Source of the DNA: a candidate division WOR-3 bacterium
Lineage (GTDB): Bacteria; Hydrothermota; Tepidihabitantia; Tepidihabitantales; Tepidihabitantaceae
Assembly: GCA_965649225.1 (NCBI GenBank)
Contig: CBFGJX010000002.1
Span: 1 to 64,000, forward strand
DNA length: 64,000 nucleotides
Reading direction: 5' to 3'
Below, piece by piece: positions 36,921-46,752 of the stretch. Position 1 is the stretch's first letter, and each line of letters opens with the position of its first letter. The notes below the pieces were generated by a model. The model did not search any database, was not told the origin of the DNA, and worked only from the letters and a program-made list of their open reading frames with translations. Position numbers and translations under genes: made by a program.

Positions 36921-38201
36921 CTAGACGCGTTCTCCGGCCGCCACGTCAAAGAACACCAGTCCCGACACCAGCTTGGGATAGAAATCGGTTGACTTCTGAG
37001 GCATGCGTTCGCCCTGTTCAGCAACACGATTTACCTGTTCGGCCCGGGTAGGATTCAGAAGAAGAGCGACCTGGCATTTTGAGGAATCGACCTTGGCCAT
37101 TGCTGCTTCGATGCCGCGTTCGTAGGCGACGTGATCCTCAACCCCTTCGGCTGGTACGCCAAATACCCGGTCAATGATTAGAGTATGTAACACCGCCACG
37201 TCCAGTTCGCGGTAGTCGTCCGATCGGTCAGGCAAGGCTGCCTGCATCGCCGCTTTGTTTTTCAGGCGCAGGAGGAAAGTTTTGCCCTTGCCCGCGTAGA
37301 GTCCGAATGCATGCTCGCCCGGACTGGCTGCACAGAATAGTTCGGATTCGACTTGGACAGCATCGATTGGAGTCACCGCAAACTGGTCGGCCAGTTTTGC
37401 AAGTGCCCGGTCAAGATTGAAGTCAGCCAGTCCGTGCAAAAGTCGGTGGGTAGGCAGAATTACCAAGCCCGGGTCATTGATGTTGATGAACGCCGTGGTC
37501 TTGAAGCGCAGAGCCGCATCTTCGGGTACGGTGATAGCGGCTTCGCGTTCCTTGCGGTAATTGAGCGCGGTTTCGTATCGGTGATGGCCGTCGGCAATCA
37601 ACATCTTCTTGTCGGCGAGAAAGTCACGTACCGCACGCAGCTTTGCCGGGTCGGTCACAGCCCAGACTTTCTGGGTTACACCGTAGTCATCAGTTGCTTG
37701 CATCAAGGGCGGGCCGGAGGGCTCAAGGGTGCGGTCGACAATGCCGTCCGGGTCAGGATAGAGCAGAAAGATCTGCTCGAAGTCCTTTTCGGTCGCACGC
37801 AACAGGTTGAGCCGGTCGGCCTTGGGTTTGGACAGTGTACGTTCGTGGGGTAGTACCGACCCCGAACCGAATTCCTCAACCCTCACAACGCCGATGAAAC
37901 CGCGGCGCAGATACTGCTTCTGGTTGAGTTCAAACAGCTGGTGGATAACATAGAAAGCCGGCTGCTCGTCTCGAATCAGTGTGCCGTCAGCTAGCCAGTG
38001 TTGCAGTGTCTTCTTCGATTCGGCGTAAGGATCACTAGCCCGGGCAAGAATCAGCCGCACAAAGGACAGCGGATCCCGGTCGTAGTAAGCAGCCTGCATT
38101 TCCGGCGTTATCTTGTCATAGGGCTGGGTGATGACGCGCGACAGGTCAGAGACCTTCAGCGGGTTATAACGGATTCCTCGAAACGGTCTTACATCAGCCA
38201 T
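36921..38201 (-). CDS. DUF1015 family protein (ParB/Srx-like fold)
   Basis: Motifs PFRGIRY, PYD, PHERT, IADGHHRYETA, ILPTHR and MPQKSTDFYPKL. Confidence 0.9.
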   Translation of the reverse strand: MADVRPFRGIRYNPLKVSDLSRVITQPYDKITPEMQAAYYDRDPLSFVRLILARASDPYAESKKTLQHWLADGTLIRDEQPAFYVIHQLFELNQKQYLRRGFIGVVRVEEFGSGSVLPHERTLSKPKADRLNLLRATEKDFEQIFLLYPDPDGIVDRTLEPSGPPLMQATDDYGVTQKVWAVTDPAKLRAVRDFLADKKMLIADGHHRYETALNYRKEREAAITVPEDAALRFKTTAFININDPGLVILPTHRLLHGLADFNLDRALAKLADQFAVTPIDAVQVESELFCAASPGEHAFGLYAGKGKTFLLRLKNKAAMQAALPDRSDDYRELDVAVLHTLIIDRVFGVPAEGVEDHVAYERGIEAAMAKVDSSKCQVALLLNPTRAEQVNRVAEQGERMPQKSTDFYPKLVSGLVFFDVAAGERV

Positions 38202-38207
38202 CTCGCC

Positions 38208-39110
38208 CTACCTCCCGAGCAGCGCTTTGCGGACTTCTTCGGCGATTGCGATGCCGGCACGCTCTTGTCCCTCTCGGGTCTGAGCACCGATGTGGGGGGT
38301 GCCAATGACATTAGGCAGCTCGTACAGCCGGAAGTCCTGCAGGGGTTCGGTCTCATATACGTCAAGCGCCGCCATCGCTACGTGGCCCGACTTGAGCGCT
38401 TCGTAGAGTGCGGCCTCGTCGATGATTCCACCGCGGGCGCAATTGATGATGATGACGCCTCGTTTCATTTGGGCGATTGTTTCCGCATTGATCATGTGGG
38501 TTGTTTCCGGCGTCTTGGGGACGTGCAGCGAGATGTAATCCGCCTGCTTAAGCAGTTCCGGCAACTGGCAGAGCTGGCCGAACTGGCATTCTTTGATATA
38601 TGGATCAAGCACCATCACGCTCATGCCCATGGCGACGGCCCGCTTGGCGAGCTCGGAGCCAATCCGACCGGAACCAATCAGTCCCAGCGTCTTGCCGTAG
38701 AGCTCGGTTCCCTTGAAGGCTTTCTTTTCCCACTTCTTCTCGCGCAGACTCTGGGTCGCCTGAGGGATTGAACGCGCGCAGCACAGCATCAGGCCGAGTG
38801 CCAGCTCGGCGACCGAGATTGAGGTAGCGGTCGGCGTGTTGACAACCTTGATTCCGCGTGCATCCGCGGCCTTCTTGTCGACGTTATCCAGACCGACGCC
38901 GGCGCGGCCGATTACCTTCAGGTTTGTGCCGGCATTGATGACATCGGCGGTCACCTTGGTGGCGCTGCGGACGATTATCGCGTCATAGGCCGGGATGGCC
39001 TTGATCAGCTCTTCGGCAGGCAGGCCGGGACGCTCATCAACCTCGATGCCCGCTTCACGCAACATTTGAACACCACTTGGTGCAATCGGGTCAGTTACTA
39101 TGACTTTCAA
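38208..39110 (-). CDS. serA: D-3-phosphoglycerate dehydrogenase (short form, no ACT domain)
   Basis: Motifs IVRSATKV, GRAGVGLDN, NCARGG and TPHIGAQT. TTG start preceded by GGAGG. Confidence 0.8.
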   Translation of the reverse strand: MKVIVTDPIAPSGVQMLREAGIEVDERPGLPAEELIKAIPAYDAIIVRSATKVTADVINAGTNLKVIGRAGVGLDNVDKKAADARGIKVVNTPTATSISVAELALGLMLCCARSIPQATQSLREKKWEKKAFKGTELYGKTLGLIGSGRIGSELAKRAVAMGMSVMVLDPYIKECQFGQLCQLPELLKQADYISLHVPKTPETTHMINAETIAQMKRGVIIINCARGGIIDEAALYEALKSGHVAMAALDVYETEPLQDFRLYELPNVIGTPHIGAQTREGQERAGIAIAEEVRKALLGR

Positions 39111-39210
39111 GGTATCCTCCGAGGGTTGTTTTCTTACGGCTGTGGCAATGGTAGTTGATTGGCAGGGCAAGTCAACCCGATTGTCCGAACTGATGGGTTA
39201 CTTGACAGAA

Positions 39211-39239
39211 CGCCGGGGGCGATTCTCGCGCCCCCGGCG
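39211..39239 (-). terminator. 11-bp GC-rich hairpin terminator
   Basis: CGCCGGGGGCG-attctcg-CGCCCCCGGCG, followed by TTCTGT on the minus strand. Confidence 0.6.
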
Positions 39240-39254
39240 CCCGTGACGATTCAA

Positions 39255-39968
39255 TTAGTTCACGTTTACCGAAACCGAGATGTCGAAGGTTCCTCCGTCC
39301 CACGTTCCTTGGAAGCGCAGGATGTGGTTGCCGGCAGGCATTGGCAAGCCGCCCATGTTCCAGCCGTCAGAGGTGTAAGTCTGACCGCCGGTTTTGGGCC
39401 CAACCTGCCGGCTGTCTTCGTATTCGACTCCGGGCTCGTCGGGGAAGACAACGGAGAAGCGGGTAATCGTCATGTCATAGTTGGGAGTGTAGGAGAAGTT
39501 GGTTATGGTTCCGCCCTGGGTGCGTGACCCGGATGCCGTTATCTTGAGTTCTCGGTAGATGAGCATCACGATTTCGCCAACATCGGTGGTCTTGCCATCA
39601 ATGACTGTAACCTGGCTGCCACCATAACCTGGACGGTAGGTGCCGCCGTGGATACCGACGATGTCACGGTCACTGATCACGCCGTCCCCGTTGAGGTCTT
39701 TCCATGCCAGCAGGTAGTAGTAGCCAGGCAGAACATCTTCGAACTCGAACGGTGACCTGACCGTGTTGCCGGGTTGTGATGCTACTTCCTTGACGGGGTT
39801 GCCGGTTAGGTCTGAGGAGACAAAGAGCTGCACCCGGCAGTTTGTTACATCACCGGTCTGACCGGTTTGCAGGATCAGGGTCCCGGTCAGCTTTGTCGGT
39901 CGGTCGCAGCTGAACAGCAGCACAATCGCCGCAGCAGCGGTCGCGAGCCGGTAGAACGTCCTCATCAC
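39255..39968 (-). CDS. Lipoprotein of unknown function (beta-sandwich with EF-hand-like DxNGDG loop)
   Basis: Lipobox LFSC, motif PGYYYLLAWKDLNGDG and an AGGAG RBS. Confidence 0.75.
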   Translation of the reverse strand: MMRTFYRLATAAAAIVLLFSCDRPTKLTGTLILQTGQTGDVTNCRVQLFVSSDLTGNPVKEVASQPGNTVRSPFEFEDVLPGYYYLLAWKDLNGDGVISDRDIVGIHGGTYRPGYGGSQVTVIDGKTTDVGEIVMLIYRELKITASGSRTQGGTITNFSYTPNYDMTITRFSVVFPDEPGVEYEDSRQVGPKTGGQTYTSDGWNMGGLPMPAGNHILRFQGTWDGGTFDISVSVNVN

Positions 39969-40202
39969 GTTTTCTCCTTTCGGTCTGCCTCGTTCAATGG
40001 CCCAACTGACAGCCTGTAACAGCTATCGAGACTGGCTGTCAGATGGATATTATTCTAAGCCGTTCATCCGTCAAGGGGCGCGTCGTTCAAAACAGCGCTG
40101 GCGCTTGACTTGATGAATGTTTGCCGTAGGCTTGCTTCTAATGGAGAGATGTCCGCATAACCGCAATTCCGAGTCTGACCTGCTCCATTTCCCTGGAATC
40201 TG

Positions 40203-42176
40203 ATGCTTCTGGCCCTTGCCACTGTCTTTCTCCTCGTCGGAGCTGTTACAGTGTCGTTCTGGCTTGGGCGCCGTTCGCTGAAAAAGACCGTCAGGCTGCT
40301 GGAGGCCAGAGTATGGCGGCTGCAGTCGGAGGTCAACCGGCGCTACCTCGAACGACTGGCTCCGATGCAGCGACGACTCGGTTGTCTGTATCTGAACGGA
40401 CTGCCTGCCGCCAGTTCTGCCAGCATCACCGAGGGCTTTGAAGCCGGCGTCCGTTATGCGGCTCAGGCGGCTTGGGACAGGGCGCTGACCCGCTGGAGCA
40501 CACTGTTGCCAAAAGCTGAGAAATCCGAGGGCATTGCGTTGCAGTTTCTTTGCGCCGGCTGCGAGGTTCTGCTCGGACGGCTCGAAGCTGCCGCCGGTAG
40601 GCTGGCAGCAGCGTTTGAACTGGCGTCGGGTGATTCTCGTGGTGCGGCGGCGTGCGCATTTGCGCTCGGCAAAATAAAGCTGGAACTCCACCAGAAGGAT
40701 GAGGCCCGGGAGCGCCTTGCAACCGCCCTCGCGCTGGCCGAGACTGCTGGCGACAAGGCGCTGCTGGCCGAGTCTTCGACACTGCTGGCGGAGCTAGAGG
40801 CGGAGAGGGGGTTGGCCGATCGGGCGACCGAGCTGCACCGCCGGGCGCTGAGAATCCGTGAGGAGCTGCGTGATACTGCCGGGGCCGGTAGACAATACGG
40901 GGCAATCGGTCGATTGCTTGCGGCGCGTGGTCAACTTGTCGCAGCCCGTGCTGCCTACGAGGATGGCCTTGAGCTTGCAAGGCGGGCCCGGGACCGTCTC
41001 GGAGAGGCCAACCAGCTCGTAGCAATCGGTGTTCTGCTTTCGCAACAAAATGAGAGGCGCCGGGCGCTTGAGGTTCTGGATCGCGCCTTCGCTCTCTACG
41101 AGGAAATCCGAAACTGGCACGGTGCGGCTGCCGCGGCCTATGAGATCGGCCGAGTGCGCGAATCGATTGGTGATGACGATTCGGCGATTGAGTACTTTGA
41201 GCGCTCGCTGCAGTTTGCCCGTCAGATACATGACGAAGGACTGATTGCTTTGGCCGAGTCGGCGATTGCACGCGGCTGTGCCCGTCACGGGGCGTATGAC
41301 CGTGCACTTGAGCTGCTTTACGATTCGTCACGACTGCATCGGCTTGGGGGACGGACCTCTGCTGCTGCCAGTGATCTGGCGGTGATCGCCCGGATTCGGG
41401 GTCAGCTGCACGACGTCACTGAGGCGTTGAACTGTCTTGGACAGGCGCGCCAGCTTTTTGATGAAGCCGGCGACAGACCCGGAGCGATTCAATGTCTGAT
41501 TGATGAAGGTGAACTGGTCATGCGATCAGAACCGGAACGGGCGCTGCGGTGCACAGAAGAAGCCCTACGGCTGGCGCATGAGCTTGGACGGCGTGATCTG
41601 GAGGCCGGTGCGTTGTCTGTGCAGGCCCGTATTCAGACGGCTCTGGGTGAGCTTCGGGCAGCGGCCGCGTCGTATCGGGCGGCAATCGCAATCCGTGCTC
41701 AGTTGGGCGATGAGCGCAGTCTCGTTGAAGATGAGGTCGCTTATGCGTCGGTCAGTCGACAACTGGGTGACCTGACGGAGGCTGAACGCTGTCTGGGGCA
41801 CGCCTTGGGCCGTGCTCAAGCCGCGGGCGACGAGCTCGCTCAGGCGGAGGTCCTGCTGGCGACGGGTGAGGTCCACTTGGCCGCGGATCGCGCCGCCGCC
41901 GCCAGAGATGTCTTTCGCCAGGCGTTGCATTTACTTATGGGCACCAGCCGGACCGATCTTGAAGCCTCGGCACTGCATTGCCTTGGCCGGGCGTTGTTCG
42001 AAACCGGCGAGACTCAGGAGGCCCGGCGATGTTTAGAACTAGCGCTCAAGGCTTACGGACGGCTTGGCTCCCGCGAGGCGATGGAAGAAGTTTCCCGCAC
42101 GTTGAGCCTTATGCCAGCTCCGGAAAAGGGCACGGTTCAGATTGTCGACCGGGAGGCTGACCCGGGCCGCAATTGA
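40203..42176 (+). CDS. Membrane-anchored tetratricopeptide repeat protein
   Basis: N-terminal TM helix followed by more than 10 ~40-aa TPR-like repeats (A...LG......G....A...Y..AL). Confidence 0.85.
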   Translation: MLLALATVFLLVGAVTVSFWLGRRSLKKTVRLLEARVWRLQSEVNRRYLERLAPMQRRLGCLYLNGLPAASSASITEGFEAGVRYAAQAAWDRALTRWSTLLPKAEKSEGIALQFLCAGCEVLLGRLEAAAGRLAAAFELASGDSRGAAACAFALGKIKLELHQKDEARERLATALALAETAGDKALLAESSTLLAELEAERGLADRATELHRRALRIREELRDTAGAGRQYGAIGRLLAARGQLVAARAAYEDGLELARRARDRLGEANQLVAIGVLLSQQNERRRALEVLDRAFALYEEIRNWHGAAAAAYEIGRVRESIGDDDSAIEYFERSLQFARQIHDEGLIALAESAIARGCARHGAYDRALELLYDSSRLHRLGGRTSAAASDLAVIARIRGQLHDVTEALNCLGQARQLFDEAGDRPGAIQCLIDEGELVMRSEPERALRCTEEALRLAHELGRRDLEAGALSVQARIQTALGELRAAAASYRAAIAIRAQLGDERSLVEDEVAYASVSRQLGDLTEAERCLGHALGRAQAAGDELAQAEVLLATGEVHLAADRAAAARDVFRQALHLLMGTSRTDLEASALHCLGRALFETGETQEARRCLELALKAYGRLGSREAMEEVSRTLSLMPAPEKGTVQIVDREADPGRN

Positions 42177-42208
42177 CAGATTGCTTCTGGTTACTAGAAT
42201 GCGGTCGA

Positions 42209-42282
42209 GGGCGATTAGCTCAGTTGGTTAGAGCGCTGGTCTCACATACCAGAGGTCACAAGTTCAACTCTTGTATCGCCCA
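42209..42282 (+). tRNA. tRNA-Val(CAC), CCA not encoded
   Basis: Acceptor stem GGGCGAT/ATCGCCC and anticodon arm CTGGT-ctCACat-ACCAG. A TTGACA-N16-TAGAAT promoter lies at 42173-42200. Confidence 0.95.
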
Positions 42283-42308
42283 TAGAAACTGCGGGGCGGT
42301 TGCCTGTT

Positions 42309-42812
42309 CTACCCGCGTCGCTTGATGGGTACGGTGCGGTTGCCCTGCCAGCTGTAACCCATTTGACGTCGATAGCGACGACGCTGCAAATCACTGAACT
42401 TGAGCCGGTCGCAGGCCTCCTCGAAGGAAACGCCTTTCTTCAAAAGCTCCCGTAGCGCCTGCTGACGCATCATCCGTTGCACCCTGCCGGCCGGTTCGAG
42501 TTTCGGTCTCACCCGCCTGATCGCCTCGCGAACATGATAGTCGCTGACCCCGTACTTGGCGCCGATAGCGGTCAATGACATGCCGCGATCGTGCAATCTG
42601 GCCATTGCTTCACAGACGCCGACAGAAATCGTTCGGTGCCAGGCACGGATGCGCTTGCCGGGTTTCAGTTTCAGTCGGGGCATGAGCTGTCTGATTCTTT
42701 CCCGTGACACTCCTACTGCCCGGGCCAGATCAGCCTGCGTCATGTTGTGAACAGCCTTGCCGAGTTTGTTGATCTTTTCAATTGCGGTCAAAGGCATGGG
42801 ATATCCTTTCAT
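42309..42812 (-). CDS. Basic multi-HTH DNA-binding protein
   Basis: HTH-like segments TQADLARAVGVSRERIRQL, MSLTAIGAKYGVS and VSFEEACDRL. Confidence 0.7.
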   Translation of the reverse strand: MKGYPMPLTAIEKINKLGKAVHNMTQADLARAVGVSRERIRQLMPRLKLKPGKRIRAWHRTISVGVCEAMARLHDRGMSLTAIGAKYGVSDYHVREAIRRVRPKLEPAGRVQRMMRQQALRELLKKGVSFEEACDRLKFSDLQRRRYRRQMGYSWQGNRTVPIKRRG

Positions 42813-42851
42813 TTGAAGGACTATCAGTGTTCCTGTACGAGTTGCTGTTCA

Positions 42852-44426
42852 TTATCTGGGGAGCTGTGCCTTGAGGACGGTCATCCGGTTGCCGCTGCGG
42901 CACGATAGAAAGACCGTACCTTGTGCCTGGACCAGCTTGGCCAGAGCGACAGATTCGCCTGCTCTCATGACAACTGCTGAGCAAAGCCGGCCAGCAGCGT
43001 CGTAGCTCCTTACCGAAAGTTGGCCGGTGAGATTCGGGTCGGCAAATAGCCGGGCGGAACGGATGGTTGCCAACGGACGGGCGCCGAGGCCCGTGGGGGA
43101 GGGCTCGCACGCCCAGACTCTCGGGGCTGAGAGACAATAGACATGGTCGGTCATCCGTCCCTGGTCCTGCAGCCCAACGAGCACCTCCGGGCGTCCATCG
43201 CCATCAAGATCGCAGGCCCCCGTTACGTCGTAAACGCGTTCCGAGAAGTCGTAATACCAGAGTGCCTGGCCATTGCTGCCACTGAAAACCCGCACCGAGC
43301 CGTTGCCGTTGCCAAGGCAGCCTGCGACTACCTCAGGAAGTCCATCACCAGATATGTCAGCCAGCGTGTCAACCGCCCAGACGTCGGCACCGACAGCGCC
43401 GGACCACAGCGTTGCCCCGGTGGCGCCGGATAACACGTGAACATTGCTGTCCCAGGAGCCGACGACAACGTCGTCGATACTGTCACCGTTGACGTCGCGG
43501 ATCGGCACCACTTCCATGACGACTCGGTTGCCAGCGGGTTGGACCTGCCAGACTTGGGCGCCGCTGGCTCCTTCCAGGCAGTACACCTTGTAGTCCCAGC
43601 CACCCCCAATGCAGTCGTCGATTCCGGAACGATTGACATCCCGGATGCGTTCGACGTCGGACACCGAACCGCCGCGCTGGGATGACCAGAGCTGGGCGCC
43701 GTTGAGACCGCTTACGCAGTAAACGTTGTTGTCGAGGCTGTTGCCGCCGGCGGCGACGAGGACATCAGGAACAAGATCGCGGTTGATGTCGACGAAGGGT
43801 GCAACGCTCTGGCAGCCGTCAAGCGGGACGCGAAAAGTCCAGATCGTTGCTCCCCGGCGGCCGGAAATCAGCACGACGTGGCCAGACCGGTCTTCGACGA
43901 TACCGCCCGTGCCGCCGAGTGCTTCCGGCACCGAGTCGCGGTCAATATCAACAAAGCTGCGTACCGTATAGACCCAGCCCCAGGTGTCGCCCGGGTATGG
44001 CGAGTTGACCCAGATGTTGGTGCCATCAAGACCGCTGACCGCAACGATCGACCGGCCAGGCGGAATGTAGGTGCCGGCGGTGCCGAGGAGAACGTCGCCG
44101 CGACCGTCGCCATTGAGGTCAGGCGAGGCATCGAGACCTTTGTTGCCCCAGGTGCCGTAGGCACTCCGACTGACCCAGATGGTATCGCCGTCAGCGCCTG
44201 AAAGACAGTACAGTTTGCGCGGATCAGAAGGGTAGGCGCCATAGTAGGTGGCGGCGACGACCTCGGGTCGGTTATCGCCGTTGATGTCCGGTATCGTTAC
44301 CAGCGAGTAGATGCCGTCGTTGCCTTCAAATGACCACAGCACCTCTCCCTGCGGCTGAGCGCTGACAAAGCAAAAGCAAAACAGGATGCCGCCAAGGACA
44401 GCGGCGGGCTTCATTGCAGTATCCAT
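42852..44426 (-). CDS. Secreted FG-GAP/PQQ-like beta-propeller protein
   Basis: Seven repeats of D(I/L/V)NGDG..(D/E)V...SG..G..(I/L)W and a degenerate YDAAGR tail. Confidence 0.85.
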   Translation of the reverse strand: MDTAMKPAAVLGGILFCFCFVSAQPQGEVLWSFEGNDGIYSLVTIPDINGDNRPEVVAATYYGAYPSDPRKLYCLSGADGDTIWVSRSAYGTWGNKGLDASPDLNGDGRGDVLLGTAGTYIPPGRSIVAVSGLDGTNIWVNSPYPGDTWGWVYTVRSFVDIDRDSVPEALGGTGGIVEDRSGHVVLISGRRGATIWTFRVPLDGCQSVAPFVDINRDLVPDVLVAAGGNSLDNNVYCVSGLNGAQLWSSQRGGSVSDVERIRDVNRSGIDDCIGGGWDYKVYCLEGASGAQVWQVQPAGNRVVMEVVPIRDVNGDSIDDVVVGSWDSNVHVLSGATGATLWSGAVGADVWAVDTLADISGDGLPEVVAGCLGNGNGSVRVFSGSNGQALWYYDFSERVYDVTGACDLDGDGRPEVLVGLQDQGRMTDHVYCLSAPRVWACEPSPTGLGARPLATIRSARLFADPNLTGQLSVRSYDAAGRLCSAVVMRAGESVALAKLVQAQGTVFLSCRSGNRMTVLKAQLPR

Positions 44427-44430
44427 CTTG

Positions 44431-45273
44431 TCATTGCGGGGTGATGGTGATCGGAGAGATGGCGCTGCCGTTCACAGTTCGCAGCAGCGCGAAGTACAGC
44501 CCGACCGGCAGCCGTCGGCCCGTCTGGTCGGTGCAGTCCCAGGTCAGACTACCGGAAGAACCAGCCAGTCGCCAGCTCCGGCGGACAGTTCCGGACGGGT
44601 CGTATATTGTCAATGACGCCGGCCGGTTGGCCAACGGTCCAAAAACCAGGGTGGCATAGCGATGAACTGGAACAGGCGCTATTCTTAGGACAGGTTGAAT
44701 GCTGTGAGTCGGCGTCTCGGTCACGGCCCCGGCCCCGGGGGAGAAGTCGGCATCGTCGATGTAGACCACCCCGCCGGCCGGCCCCCCGGTGAAGCCATAG
44801 ATCCGTAGCAGGACGTTGGCAACTGCGGCATTGGCCGGTGCCGTGTCGGTCTTGCTGAGTAGCTGCCAGGTGTGAATCGCCGAATCAGTGTAAACCGTGC
44901 CGCTGTTTTCGATGAAAGTATCACCAGCGGTACGCCAAGTGATGCTTAGCCCACCTCGCGCGTTGGGGTCGTCGTCATAATACCACGCCTGCAGGGTATA
45001 AACCTGACCGGGCGTGACGGCAACATTCTGCCGCAGACCATAGTTGTTACCCGTGCCGGTAACGAGCCGGGTAATTTTCGCCGAGAAGGACGGAGACCGG
45101 ACCGGGTCACCGCATTGTTCGACTCTGGCCTTGGTTGTGTCTTCTGCCAGCCAACCAACCGGCTGGTATGGGCCGCTCCACTGGGACAGGTCGCCGTTTA
45201 CCAGCAGATTCGCCACCGCAAGACCGGACACCAGGGTTGCCGCTAACAAGATTCTGCGCATTAGGCTCCTCAT
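44431..45273 (-). CDS. Secreted carbohydrate-binding-like (CBM4/9-type fold) protein with FlgD-like tail
   Basis: Signal peptide, NLLVNGD...VTPGQVYTL...VYIDD and tail IYDPSG...WDCTDQTGRRLPVGLYF. Confidence 0.65.
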   Translation of the reverse strand: MRSLMRRILLAATLVSGLAVANLLVNGDLSQWSGPYQPVGWLAEDTTKARVEQCGDPVRSPSFSAKITRLVTGTGNNYGLRQNVAVTPGQVYTLQAWYYDDDPNARGGLSITWRTAGDTFIENSGTVYTDSAIHTWQLLSKTDTAPANAAVANVLLRIYGFTGGPAGGVVYIDDADFSPGAGAVTETPTHSIQPVLRIAPVPVHRYATLVFGPLANRPASLTIYDPSGTVRRSWRLAGSSGSLTWDCTDQTGRRLPVGLYFALLRTVNGSAISPITITPQ

Positions 45274-45300
45274 TTCTCCGGCAAGACTCGCCGGCGAGCA

Positions 45301-45615
45301 TCAACCCGCGTGGATTTTGGAAACAGCGATGCGGGTCAACGGCTGTCGATGACCTTTCTTGCGTCGATAGTTTTCTCGACGGATAAACTTGAAGCTTGTA
45401 ACCTTGTCAGCACGCAGGTGATCGACCACCTTCGCCTCAACGTATGCTGAACCCACGTGGGGGCGACCGAGTTTGAGTTCGGTATCGGTCTTGACCAGTA
45501 GAACCTTCTCGATTCGCAGATCGGTACCCGGTTCACCGGACAGACGCGGTACCACCAGCGTTTCACCTTCGTGGACAAGATATTGAAAACCCGATATTTC
45601 AACAACAGCGTACAT
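45301..45615 (-). CDS. rplU: 50S ribosomal protein L21
   Basis: Motifs MYAVVEISGFQYLV and YRRKKGHRQPLT. Confidence 0.96.
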   Translation of the reverse strand: MYAVVEISGFQYLVHEGETLVVPRLSGEPGTDLRIEKVLLVKTDTELKLGRPHVGSAYVEAKVVDHLRADKVTSFKFIRRENYRRKKGHRQPLTRIAVSKIHAG

Positions 45616-45617
45616 GG

Positions 45618-45926
45618 CTATTCTCCTGTCGGTGTCGGTGTCACGGGCGACGAGCCGGATTGTTCGGCAGGCGCCGGGCGGCCGACGGTCCGCGGACGAT
45701 TCTGGCGGGCAGAAAGCAGGACGAGCGTCAACGAAGTAATCATGAAAAGGATTGCAGCGCCGGCGGTGAGTTTGGTCATGAATGGAGCAGCACCGCCACC
45801 GCCAAAGACGCTTTCACCACCGCCGATGATTGATGCCATGCCGCCTTTCTGGGGCTGCTGGATCAGCACAATGAGTATCAGCAGAACAGCGACAAGCATG
45901 TGCAGAAAGATTACCACTCCGTACAC
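45618..45926 (-). CDS. secG: Preprotein translocase subunit SecG
   Basis: Two TM helices with VLIQQPQKGG, SVFGGGG and TKLT. GTG start preceded by AGGAG. Confidence 0.92.
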   Translation of the reverse strand: MYGVVIFLHMLVAVLLILIVLIQQPQKGGMASIIGGGESVFGGGGAAPFMTKLTAGAAILFMITSLTLVLLSARQNRPRTVGRPAPAEQSGSSPVTPTPTGE

Positions 45927-45972
45927 AGTTATTCTCCTTTGGTTGTCAAGACTAACACTGTAACTGGTGATG

Positions 45973-46752
45973 TCAAGACAAGCGACGATTCTCCAGAAAA
46001 GAAGCCGACCCCACTTCTGCGATTCTGAAAAAAGATTCGGGCTGGAGGCTCGCCCCACCGACCAGCAGGCCGTCGACTTCCGGCAGTGCCAGCAGTTCAG
46101 CGGCAACAGCCGGAGTGACGCTACCGCCGTAGAGCAGCCGTGTCCGCTCAGCGGTATCAGCTCCGAAGCGCACGGTGAGCCAGTGACGCAGCCACTGGTG
46201 TACGTTGACAATCTGGTTAGCCGTGGCGGTATTGCCGGTACCGATTGCCCAGACCGGTTCGTAGGCGATGACCGTTTCGCCGCCAAAATCAGCAGGGGCA
46301 ACTACCGACAGTTGCCGTTCCAGGACGCCGAAGGTGCTGCCCTGACTTCGTTCTGTGGCGGTTTCGCCGCAGCAGAACACCGGCGTCAGGCCCGTCGCGC
46401 GGGCGGCGGCGAGTTTACGGGCACAGATGCTGTCGGTTTCGCCAAAGACATTCCGTCGTTCCGAGTGGCCGACTATCACATAGCTGCAACCAAGTTCGGC
46501 GAGGAACTGGCCCGAAACTGCCCCGGTGAATGGCCCGGAAAGCTCCCAGTGCAGGTCCTGTCCGCCCCAGCGTACCGTTGTGCCAGTCAAGTTTTCGGCG
46601 ACGGCTGGAAGCGCCGTATAGGGTGGAAAGACCACCAGCTCTGCCGGGAGGCGGTCCGGCTCAAGTTTCTTCAGAGCTCGACAGTAATCGCCTGCCTGAG
46701 CAGCCGTCTTGTTCATTTTCCAGTTTCCAGCGATCAGCGGTATGCGGCTCAT
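45973..46752 (-). CDS. tpiA: Triosephosphate isomerase
   Basis: Motifs AGNWKMN, GHSERR and AYEPVWAIGTG. Confidence 0.97.
   Translation of the reverse strand: MSRIPLIAGNWKMNKTAAQAGDYCRALKKLEPDRLPAELVVFPPYTALPAVAENLTGTTVRWGGQDLHWELSGPFTGAVSGQFLAELGCSYVIVGHSERRNVFGETDSICARKLAAARATGLTPVFCCGETATERSQGSTFGVLERQLSVVAPADFGGETVIAYEPVWAIGTGNTATANQIVNVHQWLRHWLTVRFGADTAERTRLLYGGSVTPAVAAELLALPEVDGLLVGGASLQPESFFRIAEVGSASFLENRRLS

Noticed and set aside
42209..42282. Genomic island integrated at tRNA-Val or tRNA-Gln
   Set aside because: I found no integrase and no duplicated tRNA 3' end, and the flanking genes look native.
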